A DNA stretch of 64,000 nt. It comes from Vicugna vicugna. Lineage: Eukaryota. The stretch is from the NCBI GenBank assembly GCA_013265495.1, contig MU061560.1, positions 310,001-374,000 of the forward strand. The letters are read 5' to 3'. The notes under the pieces are model-generated. The model worked only from the letters and a program-made list of their open reading frames with translations, searched no databases and was not told where the DNA came from. Every line of letters begins with the position of its first letter. Position 1 is the stretch's first letter. This document shows positions 52,701 to 64,000 of this stretch, piece after piece. Both the position numbers and the translations under genes were made by a program.

Positions 52701-54560
52701 TTGGGGGATGTTTCAGCATCTCAAAGTTAGCTAAAGGTCAAACAAACTTCATTAGAATTTGATTTGGGAAGTTTTGACAAAAAATATCAAAAAGGTTTTA
52801 AAACACTTGGTCAGATAGGATCATAGGTCACTGTGAAACAATACTTACTCACTTAACCAAAGTGATGATAAAAGATTTCAAAGGCAAATATGGAAAGTTC
52901 TAACAGATTTCCAATTAAAAGTAAGAGAAACTTTATAATCTGTTATCAAAAACAGATCAACATTTTAAGGAAAGTTTGTCCTCTTAACAGAGAGAAAAGC
53001 CAAATTCAGGTTTTGCACCAGCTTACTTTAAATTTTTATTTACTCAATTAGCAAATTGATTGCCACATCACCCAAATCTGGGTGACAGTTGTGTTTCCTC
53101 AGAGGCACCCTATCCACAGTGGGCAATCAACATGTTAAATTTATTCTAAACTTAGCTGATCCTGATCATGCACAAAACTTTTCTCAAAGTTCCTTTCCCA
53201 CAAACCTGCCATCACTTTCTGAATCCCTATTTGTTTATCCCTTATGTATGTCCATCCAGAAACAACTGGCTCTAAGACAAACCCACTTTCTTTTCTCTTA
53301 ATAAACTTCAATTCCATTCTTCATACCTTCTTTACAGAAAGCACACATCCTACTTTGTACTTATACTGAAATGTTTCCTTTATTTTTTAAGTAGCTTTAA
53401 TTACATACTTAAAGTAGAAACCTCAGCTCTTAAAAACCTTAATTTCTAGTGAAAACTAAAAAGTAAGAAATATGAATTGTCTTTTAAATTAGCATTCTAT
53501 AGATTAGCAAACATAAATACCAATAATAATTTCTTTAAAAAGAAAGTGCCTTCTTATAGAAAATATAAGTTTGGCACCAAACATATTTATTAATAGTCCT
53601 AAGTACCTTTTAGTTTCTCTGTAAAAGGAAGCCAGTGTTCAGTAGTTAATGTTTTATTTTATTTGAGAATGACCTAACTGTTCAATAAATTTCCATCATC
53701 TTAATTTAGCACAATTCTAAAATTTTAAGTTAGCAAATATCTGGAGAGATTATTTTCAAGTAGACATTTCCTAAAATGATTATTCCTATAGAGTTCACCC
53801 AAAGCTCTTATCTCATTTACATTTAATTTACTTATATTCATCACACCGAGTTGTTTTTCTTGCTGGCAAATGTGGAATAGATATAATAAGATTTTATCTG
53901 ACTTCTGTTAAATAAAGGTATTTACTAAATATTGATGAGTATAAAGACATGTCTATGTTAATGAAATTGACAAACTTAAAATTTAACACCAGGTACTAAT
54001 TTAATACTGAATATTTCCTAGTACATGAGAACCTGAAACTCATTCTGGCCAGTTTCCTTTTATATATCTGAGAATTTGTGTAAGTGCTTAATTTCCTTAA
54101 ATCAATTAAGTAGAGCTCATTTATAAATTAAATTTTATAATACTATCCAAAGGTAAAGATTATATATATATAAATTACACAGACATATAGACAGGCACAA
54201 CCAGAGATCTCATAGCTTCATTTTCTAAACTTAGTCATGAATCAGATATTACAATGTAAAACTCACTAATTTGTAAAAAATAGTTGGAATCAGTTAATTT
54301 TAAAAGGCTTCTTTCCCTTTTTTTCACTCAGTTTTAGGAATTAGAGATGCTGTAGATAAGGTAAGTGTTCCTCAGGGCCCTGATCTTAAGGTACAGAGAG
54401 AGAAAAGCAAGTTCTTCTAGAAGGTCTTGTTTCTTCAGGGTCAGAATTCTGAATTTTTTTTTTTCCAAGCTAACTTTCTCTAACAACTGGGTACACAGCA
54501 AAAGAGCCCATTTTGGCCATTATTAGGGCAAAATTTTCCTTTAATTCCCAATTAAGTAAG
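49703..54560 (-). mobile_element. Class I (gamma-like, MER4/MER41-group-like) endogenous retrovirus remnant: 3' LTR 49703-50166, PPT, deleted env, integrase C-terminus, AT-rich internal region; no 5' LTR seen
   Basis: LTR bounded by tg...ca with minus-strand AATAAA (49747-49752). PPT-like gagggagccc (50167-50176). Minus translations DGSSWLKFLLRTLLILLAILFVFL (env TM-like), NC*VYGQLLISSTSGL (env SU CWxC-like) and QPRWKDPYKVLLT (integrase GPY/F-like). Confidence 0.88.
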
Positions 54561-54973
54561 TACTTGTTAAGTACTTTTGTACATACATAAACATTTGTAC
54601 GTACATAAACCTGGCTGGGTTGTTAGTGGGAGGCTGGCTTTCTGACGCCCCTTGTTTCTGTTTGAGAGGCTCTAGTTCTCATCTTAAAGTTGAGTTTGTC
54701 AGGGATAAAATTTACTAATGACATTGTGTCATGGCCAGTGCGCTACCTGTGAGCGTAGCTCCCCTAGGCATCACCCTAGAGTCGTCTCAGCCTTCTTTTC
54801 TGGCGTGGTTCTCCCTCCTGTCAATGGCCAGTTCTTACACGTGACCGCCAGGTGAGCAAGTCTTCTAGTTAATGAGTGGGTTTCCCTTTGGGAGCACTGC
54901 ACGGTGTGAGGACTCTGCTTCCATCATTCCTGTAAATTTCTCAGTTGCAATGTCAGTATAAGAATTTAGTTCC

Positions 54974-55114
54974 TGGGAGTCGGGGTGGGTATAGCACAGT
55001 GGTAGAGTGCGTGCCTAGCATGCACTATGTCCTGGGTTCAATCCCCAGAACCTCCATTAAATAAATTAATAAGCAAACCTAATTATGTCCCCCCTAAAAA
55101 AATGAATTAAAAAA
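54974..55114 (+). mobile_element. tRNA-derived SINE (Vic-1-like)
   Basis: ggggtgggtatagcacagtggtagagtgcgtgcctagc...gggttcaatcccca; perfect 14-bp TSD aagaatttagttcc (54960-54973 / 55115-55128). Confidence 0.92.
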
Positions 55115-55542
55115 AAGAATTTAGTTCCCATTGTCTAGTTATTCTAGGAAACTATATTTCTTAAATATTCTTAAAATAATAAAACAACTTAATTTAAAAA
55201 ATTGGTGTAATCAGGCTTGTAAAAAGTCTGTCTTATTTGTTTTAAACAGAGAGTGCCTGGAAATGTTTATAATGCATCCTGCCAGGTTAAACAGCAGACT
55301 TTAATGACTTTGTATATAGACTGAAAACACATCAGACTCTTTCAAGGTTGGTTCCATGAATTGTCCTTTTTTCCAGGATAAAAGAGAAAATAAAGACAAT
55401 CCTAAGTAAACCATTCCTTGGTACAAACTGGAGCCACTCAATAAATAATCCAATGATTAATGAAACATTTGATGACCATAGTTCTATCAGCATTTTTATT
55501 TTGTTTTACTTTTGTTTTGTATTCTGCTCCCTCCTCTGTCAG

Positions 55543-55600
55543 GTATCCTATCCAGAACTTGCATTTCCTTAAAAGATTTCATATTCAAGACCTGAGTATT
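55543..55600 (+). other. Candidate alternative (terminal or stop-containing cassette) exon of BICD1 in intron 8
   Basis: About 50-nt AG-free pyrimidine tract ending ctcctctgtcag|G at 55542. Possible donor ATT|gtaagc at 55601. Lies in sequence with no recognisable repeat. No transcript evidence available. Confidence 0.45.
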
Positions 55601-58600
55601 GTAAGCAAAATACGCTATGATAAAATGATGAAATTATTTAATTATGAAACATGAAAACCAGCGGTGCACAGGAATGTGCATATTAGGGCAGATCAAATTT
55701 TCAATCCATGTTGACTGTTTTAGTGTAAGTATTTAGCTTTGAAGTCTTCTAAATGTTATTAAACCCATGGAAATTGAAAAGATTTTGATTAAAATCCTCA
55801 AGGAAAAAACGACAATCTTTCCCTAATATATCCATTACCCCTCCAGACTCAGCCTCCTTCTGGAAGCTTCCATCTCCAGCAGCACATGGGTGGGCTCCGG
55901 TGGACTCAAGCATGATGTAATTACTTTTGCCCTGAATATGTGACACTTAGAAATATCAAATAAGCATATTCTCTTTCATTCAATGCCCTCATCGTATCCC
56001 GGGGTCTGTCCTCACTGTAACTACATAACAACCCCTATTACAAAAAAACCAGTTTGATTGTAAGCATTCCCTGGGATGTTATATTCATACTGCAGCTTTC
56101 AAAGGGACTTTTTCTATCTACAAAGAATACTAAGAAAACATAGTAAGAAAAAGCCACAATAGATACCCAGGGAAGCCAGTCTCTAGGTTAACAACTGTAG
56201 GTTCTCCCTTACATTTCTAAGGATACGTGGACAGCTACAGTGAAGTACGTTAGGCGCTTCTCCCAATTCTGAGACTCTCTGATTCAGTGAACACAAATTA
56301 TTCTCCCCATGATTGGGACTGAAGCTCACTGTGTACAATCCACATTTCTAAACAGACTTGTAAGTAAATATATTAAAATATCTCTGCACCATATCATATA
56401 GCTTCCATCGAGAAAAAGGAAAATTCCTGTTATCTAATAAGCAGAACAAACTTTTTTTGGACAGTTTCGAGTGTCTATGTGTTATGAACTACACAATTCA
56501 GAGTTCATGCTGAAGTCTTGCAGTGTGCTAACACTTTGGTTTCCTTCCCCAAACCAATGAGACGCAGTTTCTAAATGTAAATCTGTATACGGGGGCCACC
56601 AATTTAACAGAGGAATGCTTCTCTGGTACCCGTCAACATGGCAGCCAGCCAGACTCTCCTGGGGCACGTCAGCAGGCTGGGGAGCGGACCTTTGCACGTG
56701 CTAAACCTGGCTCCAGCGGCTCTCCGGAGCTCTGAGGAGTTGGGCAGGGTCTGCAGGAGCAGCCTGAGTGCTGGCGTGAGCGTGATGTGAATCGTGGCTA
56801 GTTCAATGTGCGTGGAAAGCCTAAGCTTGCCACTGCCTTTTACTTAGCTTTAAATTACGTAGTGAAAACGTGGTTCCATAGCTCTTACATTTGGACTAGT
56901 TAAAGGGACCTAGTTGTTAAAACTTGTGCAGCTAGTGAACCGGAGTGGACTCACAGCGCGCTGTACCCATGACACGGCAAGGAGGCATCCTGCCTCCCTC
57001 TTGCTTCCCTGGTGCACGGCTGCACTCCCTCCCTCCACACACCCCTCTCCTTAGTCACCTGTTGACGCTGGTTTGGTTTTCTTGGCTCCTTCCTGGTGTT
57101 TTACGCCTGAAAAGGTATGAGAGGAAAAAGGAAAAGCACAGCTCAGAATGGTTGACTTTCATCCTTTCTGTTGTTTCCTGAAAAAGTAAACGAAAAGCCA
57201 TAAAGATGTTGTCTAACCACTGATTTCACCATCACCTCTCAGCCAAAAGGAGCGTCATCGATGTGCTCTCCATATCACGAATTTAAAGTTTCTGTGAACC
57301 GAACACGTAAAAGCCACGTTTGTTTTGGCTACGCTAATTATTGGACTCTGGAGATTTTCTTTTTCTTTCCTTTTTTTTTTTTTTTGGTGTCTACATGATC
57401 TGTGTCACTTCCATGTGTCCAGCTCACAGATCAGATCCCCTTCAGAGGCTCTGTTTCTTGGGCTGGGTCTCTCTCGTAAACCACAGTTGTCAGTGAATGT
57501 TCTTGAGAGATGGACTAGGTTAGATTGTTACTCTTCAAATAATTATTTCTAAGGAACTTCTGTAACTTCAGATATTTGCATTTATATGATTTCAAGATTT
57601 ATATGAAGATATATACATTGACTTTGCAGGATAATGATTTACAGCAGGACAGTCATTTTAATTAAACTCGCCTTCACTGGGTATAAAAATGATACTTTTT
57701 TCAGTTGAAGGAAATGTACAGTCCTTGTGTTGAGGACTTTTTTTGCTGCTCTGATGCTGTTCATCTCATCCATTTTTGCTCTAAACTTGGCCTCACTTTC
57801 CAATTCTTCATTGCACTTGAGACTTACTTCAGTGCGCTTACTAACAATTGAAAATCAGTCTATGATCAGTTTGGGTCATAGGAACTGACATTAGAAATTT
57901 AGAATAGGAAGTACCACTGTGGGTGCCTCTTGGTTTGCCTTAAATACCTATTTCTGGCTTTCCAGGCAGTTTTACCTCCACCTCTATTCATAGGAACCTG
58001 TTTAAAAAAAAAAAAACTCAACTATAGTGTAGTCATTTATGCTGGGAAAGTATTTATGGAATAAGCCATTATGACAGCAGACTCAGTTAAACATAAATTT
58101 TTTTCTCTTTTTATGCACTACTTGACATCAAAAGCAAAAAGAGGTAAGTTGACTATAAACCTGAGTGAACCTTATTTTCTTTAATAGATTTATTTCTGAA
58201 GAGCTTTGCTTCTATTACATTTCTACAAATCAAATATTTTTACATTAGGAAGCTTGTTATTGTAAATCCTTATTCTTTCCTTCGAAAACTGAATAAGCAC
58301 CTTCTGTAAACTTGGATTTTAAAAATATTTAACATTTAAACATATTGCTTTTCCTTTAACCAAGTTATACCTATGGTTTAATTTGCTTGTAAAGACAGTG
58401 CATTTTGGGGTTTCTGAGGTCCCCCCAAAATATGGATTACATGTCATAACTGAAATTGGTGAAAGGCTATAATTTTCAGATCCATCGCTTTACAGAAGAG
58501 GATGCCCTGAATCTCTCATAATGTTTTCTAGTGTTGATTTTTTTGAAATTATATATATACACATATATGTGTATATATGTGTATATATATTTAATAAGAA

Positions 58601-60222
58601 AAGCAAACACATTTCACTGAGTGCTGTCTCATATTTTCCTTGTTTGGGATATATTTTCACTTGATCTTTTTAGTGGGTTCTTGCTTGTAGTTTAACTTAT
58701 TTCTCCTTTGTTTCTTTTTGATGATGGACTGATTCTGACATTTCAAAGGTATAGCTGGTGTTCATCTGATACACGCTATTACTGACATTGCTTAAGGAGA
58801 ACAGATCATCATAGCATCCTGAGTTAACTCTGTGCCAGCTGACAGTGTTCTTGGGAAGGTCATTTCTGAACAAAAGGTTATTTTCTAAAAGGTACTTAAT
58901 TGGTGTAAGAATCTGGCAGCAAAATGTACTTTTACCTCTTGGTGCCACTGTATTTAATCACCCTCTCCTCCTGTGTCTTCCGTCTCTTAACTACGTAGGC
59001 TGTTGATTACACACATGCTCATGGTTTAACTGTAAGTTGTTCAGAAGCAGAAAGTTGACGATACTGCAGAGCATTTTTATATTTCTCTTTTGCAAGGTTT
59101 GAAATAAATATAGATTGTGAAATTGCTTTGTTTTCTCAGCTAGTCATGATAATTTGTCAGGACAGCGAATGGAAAGCTGGGTGAAAGTCTCTGTCTAATC
59201 CATAATCACTGAAAAGTCTGAAAATGCTCCCTCTCCTTCTTAGCAAGTCATGCTCTGATTCTACATTGCTGAAGACAGTTTTCATGCTTGTCACCAAAGT
59301 GTGATAAACTATGCACAGCTGTCATTCATCCGAAGGCGGAGCCAGACGTTTTTAAACATTTGTTACCAGGCCATATTTTTGCATTGTCTATCCTGAAATT
59401 TTTTTATGTCTTTCAACAATCCTGTCTCCGCTGTTTCCTGGAAATTTTTAATGAATAATTATTGTCTTTGACTATAAAGGGTATAAACAAATAATGGGAT
59501 TTTCTATGTTAAACACTGACCTAAAGTTAAGGCTGAGGTGTCTGGTGATGTAAATTAGCAGGTTACACCCCTGAGTAGCTGGACATTATGTTATGTCTTA
59601 CCTGTGGGTACTTTAAGAGAAACTTTGTGTTAACAGAATATGTGGTATGTTTGGCAAAAAGAGACAAGATAGACAACTCTATGTGTTTGATTATAAAATG
59701 CTTTAAGTTATTCACTGCTATCCATTTTTATTAGTGCCAGCGTACCACTGAATTCATCATTAGATTTTTGAAAACATTTCAACTTTTTCTAACTACTGTT
59801 TATATTCATATAAATATTTTGGTCTCATGCCCTCCTGATTATTTTTCTTGATATAATGTTCTTATCTTAAATTTTTCTTAGATGTTCCTAAATTCTCTAC
59901 TGTATATGTCTGTTTTTTCAGTCTGTGTGTATAGGTGTCCATAGGACCACTAAAGGGTTCACGTTGTATGAACTCAAGGAGAATGTATTTTGACCCTTCT
60001 TTCCATTAACTTTTCTGTTAATTCACTAACACACTGTTAATCATCTGTAGATTTAGTGAGGAATAACTTAGTATTGGCTTGAAAAATCTTTATCAGAGAG
60101 TATTTTCTCTTTCTCATTCGTTTTGTTAGAAGGATGTTGCTATGATGACAGAAATGTCTAAATTGTACTCGCCTTTCCTCAGGTGTATCCATCACACAAT
60201 GGCACTAATAATGTAACCACTA

Positions 60223-60364
60223 AGGGGGAGGTAGAGCTCAGTGGCAGAGCACATGCTTAGCATACATGAGGTCGTGGGTTCAATCCTCAGTACCTCCATT
60301 AAAAATAAATAAATAAACCTAATCCCCCCCCAAAAAAGAAAAGCAAAACAAATTTTTTTTTAAG
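60223..60364 (+). mobile_element. tRNA-derived SINE (Vic-1-like)
   Basis: gggggaggtagagctcagtggcagagcacatgcttagc...gggttcaatcctcagtacctcc; TSD taatgtaacca on both sides. Confidence 0.9.
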
Positions 60365-63300
60365 TAATGTAACCAATAAAAAAAATCTAATGATCCTTTA
60401 GGAAGGCGAAGTCGGTATATTAGCAGGTATTTTGCAACTCATGCAAATTCCCCAGACAAACTACTGTGGGGAAACAGAACAATAAGTGTTAAGAAGGCAG
60501 GGAACTCTGCTCTCAACCGCGCAGCGTGACTGAGGAATTTACAAACACTGCAAGGACAGCGGAGGTCAAAGGCTGTACACAGGAAATGCTGAGGAGATGG
60601 GATAAATGCTAAATGATAAATGGAGGAAGCAGACACTTCTCCTGGGGTGATCAGGAATAAAGACTGAAACTTGTTCGTTCTGAACAGTCCAAGAGGAGAC
60701 AAGAGCATTTTAGATGAAAGTAATCATAGGGGCAAAGACTTGGTGAGATGATTTCATCATATGACCTACTTCTGCCTTTTCAATTTCATTGTTGTTAATG
60801 GCCATGGCTTTGTTTCTAGAAGATGCAAACCTCAAGGTCATCTCGACTCCTCCCTTTGGCCAGTCATGTCTGATCGATGACCGGCTCCTGTCCATGGACC
60901 CTGGGCTCCGCGCTTTCCCGAACACTCTCTCACCTGATCTGTAAGATTGACATTTAATGTCTTCACATCACAGACAAGCTGAGGCTCAGAACAGTGAAGT
61001 CAGTTCTTCCACGTACCTCAGCTACTGGCTGGGGGGGCACAGATCTAAACAGTAAGATCTGTCTGATGGACCTAAATCTCGTGCTGACAGGAAGGAAAGT
61101 TGAAGACCACGGAGGAGTGAGAAAAGTGAATAAAGAGGAAGGCAAAGAGACCATAGAAAATTGTTGCAGAGTATCGTTGGCAAGTGGAAGGAAATTGTGA
61201 TGCACCCACTACCTGCTCCTGTGGATTGTTGTGCAAAACCCTCACTTAAGACCTGAGTGTGCATGTAAGCATGCCATCAGTTAATTATGGAAAGCACTTT
61301 GTGCCATTATCCACAAATATTCAGAGTTCCTCAGGAGACTTTTAAAAAATAATTATGCAATTTTTGTTTCCACGTCGGTGCACAGTGTATAAAAATTGAC
61401 ATTTTTCTACTAACATAATTACTCAAATTTCATATACTATCGTCGATTTGGTTTTCTCCAATACTGGTTTGACCATTTTCACTTCACTCTAAAATGCTTT
61501 TAGCTAAGAAGAAAGTCTGATGAAATTCAAGTACAAATTTTCATTTAGAATTCGTGCTTCTGACCTTCTGTGTATATCTTTTTCCTTTGAGTTTCCTTGA
61601 ATTAAAACTTATTTATTCCAGTCCTCAAACTGCTTAGAGTTTAGAAGAAGCAAGGTCTGGTGATCACATTTTCTGACTTGAGAGAGAAATAAAAAGGAGA
61701 GAGGAAGTTAATGTGGTAGATGACACAATAGGGTCTAAAAGATGCATCAGGTAGGAAAAGGTGAAACTTATTAGAGAGACTGACATACAGGTAAAAGTAT
61801 ATAAAATACTGCATTGGAATTTCAGACACCAGAAGTACAGGATAGAGGAAGCATGACTTGACAGCACCATCTTTAAACCAAGTAGGCGTCTATGAAATTG
61901 CAGTGTGATGGGGCTGCCAAAAAATGCCTGTAGGCTTGTGCTCTTTTCATGGCATCAGGGTGTCTGAGCTGATGCAAGATTCTGCCACTCCCCTGCAGCT
62001 GTGACTTCTTACTACACGTGATGTCCCTTCTGAGCACCTCACTTTTAGAGGATTGTGCACAAACTGGACTGTGGTCAGAGAGCAGAAAGGACGCCGAGGA
62101 AGGCTGAAATCGTGTCCCGTGAGGAAGAGCTTGGACTACCTGGCCTGATGAAAACCCAGGGGACAGGAATCGTTTTCCTGGTAAAGTGTGGAGCATCTCC
62201 TGGAGTTTCTGGTCATGATGGAACGACACATGGAAAACAAGATCTCATGATATGGTTGGGGTGCACTAGTGCTCAAGTCTGGAAAAACCAGGGGCTGGGG
62301 CACAGGCCATTCCGTAGAAGACTGTGTGTCACAAAGGGCTGCAGCTCTGTGTCCCTGAGAGCATCTGGGCACTGAGGAAGCCGCCCTGCAGCCCCACGTG
62401 GTCCTCGCCACCTCCCACCACGGCCACCCAAGCCACGTGTGGAGCCAGAAACATAGAGGTGTCCCTGGCCTCCTTCGTCTGGAGACCCTCTCCCAGCTCA
62501 GACGGCCACGTGGGCTCATGGACTCCCGAAGGCACTGACTCTCAGAAAAGTGGTTAATTTTCTAAATTGCATTGGAAATTTTAAAAATAGGAGAAGCTGG
62601 AGGGAAAACCATAGGACAAGACTTTCCCTGCCAGTGAGATTCATGAGTTTCAGCGATCTCTTTATAAAAACTGGATATTATCCCCATTCCTGCTTTGTGT
62701 TTTAGAGGTAATTGGTGACCTTCAAGTGACTGTCAGTGGTCTGATGACGTTCTCACGTGTTCCTTTGACCATGTGACCCTGATATTTTGTAGCGGTAGCT
62801 GGTGTAGATTTGAGAGGCAACCAGAGAAGCGAGTGTAAAGCAGGCCTTAGTATCAGAAAAGTCTCAGCTGAAATCCTTCCTCCGCCACTTCCTGGCTGTG
62901 TGACCTTGGGCAAGTTAGCACGTATGGTGATCATATTAATTGAATCAGCAAACGTTTGTGGACGACCTACGGTGAGGCCAAGCTCTGTGTTTGTTTCTGG
63001 TGGGAGAGGTCACGAAAAATGTTAGAAAAAAAAAACTGTTGCAGGATACATGCAATTTTGATATCGTCCCATAGATCAAAAATACTTACTTTCCTCATAA
63101 TAAGGATACTGCAAATAACCACTCCAGAGTGTTGCTAAGACTCAAAACTGATATAAAGTTCCTAGGAGAACTTACATCATGTTGATTCACCAAATAATTT
63201 CTTTCCTTCTTTCTCTTTTTTTGACCTTCCTTTCTACTCGAGGCCTTTGTTTGGGGAAGAATGTCACAAGGAGACTCTTCATGGATATATCAAGATGGAC

Positions 63301-63689
63301 ATAAGATGCTTTCAGCAATAACATGGCTTTTTCATCCCTGCCCTTGAGGCATGAACAGTCTCTTGAGTATGCGATGACATTTTCAGGCCTGTGACCTTGT
63401 AATATTAATGTACAGTGTTACCTAATTCAGTTCTGAGAATTTCAAGTGAATGCTTTACTTTTATAAAATATTCTATTCCTACTAGTAGAGGCCATAAACA
63501 GTTTATAGTTGACAAGAAGTTCTGCTAATTCGTTTTTTCAGGTGTACAGCCTAGATGTCACAACCTCCAGGAAGCATTTCCTGACCGCTTCGGTTACTTA
63601 ATTATTTCTGCTCTGAGATTCCCTGCATTTCCCTATTATGGGAAGCAATGCAGTGATGTGTCTGTGAAGTTCAGTTCAGCCCTTGGGTC

Positions 63690-63860
63690 ATATAGTTCTG
63701 GATTCATATTCCAGCGCTACCTCTTAGTGAACTTTGGGAAGTTACTTAACCTAGGTCCCCCTTTCCTCATCCATAAATTGGGATTAATAAAAAAAGGTTA
63801 AAGGAGAACGTGCATATTAAGTGCCTGGCGCATGGTAAGCAACGACTAAGTGCTAGGTGT
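63690..63860 (+). mobile_element. MIR
   Basis: ctggattcatattccagc...gtgaactttgggaagttacttaacct...tttcctcatccataaattgggattaata...gtgcctggcgcatggtaagc. Confidence 0.7.
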
Positions 63861-63862
63861 GG

Positions 63863-63950
63863 CCATCATCACCATCACCGCCATCACCGCCATCACCACC
63901 ATCATCACCACCATCATCACCACCATCTCCACCATCTCCACCATCACCGT
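63863..63950 (+). repeat. Imperfect (CAY)n / (CCATCA)n trinucleotide-type microsatellite
   Basis: ccatcatcaccatcaccgccatcaccgccatcaccaccatcatcaccacc... directly visible at the MIR 3' end. Confidence 0.9.
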
Positions 63951-64000
63951 CGTGACACTTTGTTTGTTGAATCTGCTTGTCTTCCCCAGTGGACCAGGGA

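Noticed and set aside
63863..63950. Poly-His coding repeat or CRISPR-like array
   Set aside because: Simple microsatellite at a MIR end with no ORF context and no repeat-spacer structure.

Overview
This is mammalian genomic DNA, most likely from a camelid, inferred from nine tRNA-derived SINEs that resemble Vic-1 and from artiodactyl-type L1 ends. The window holds the middle and 3' part of BICD1 (BICD cargo adaptor 1, a dynein-dynactin activating adaptor) on the + strand. Six coding exons are readable with GT-AG boundaries and consistent phases: 17677-17829, 24358-24783, 35159-36250, 40051-40202, 42829-43146 and 44134-44327, matching exons 3-8 of the human gene as I recall it. The first two and last two exons lie outside the window. 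The introns are full of transposon relics (SINE, L1, L2, MIR, MaLR and ERV LTRs, Tigger and hAT), including a roughly 4.9 kb antisense class I ERV remnant with a readable LTR, PPT, env and integrase motifs. There is one assembly gap (14403-14717). I found no evidence of a novel prokaryote-style system. The most interesting signals are combinatorial C-terminal splicing around exons 7-8 and a candidate extra exon at 55543 that would end BICD1 with a different tail in each frame. Repeat family names and comparisons with human or mouse come from recall, not from database searches.
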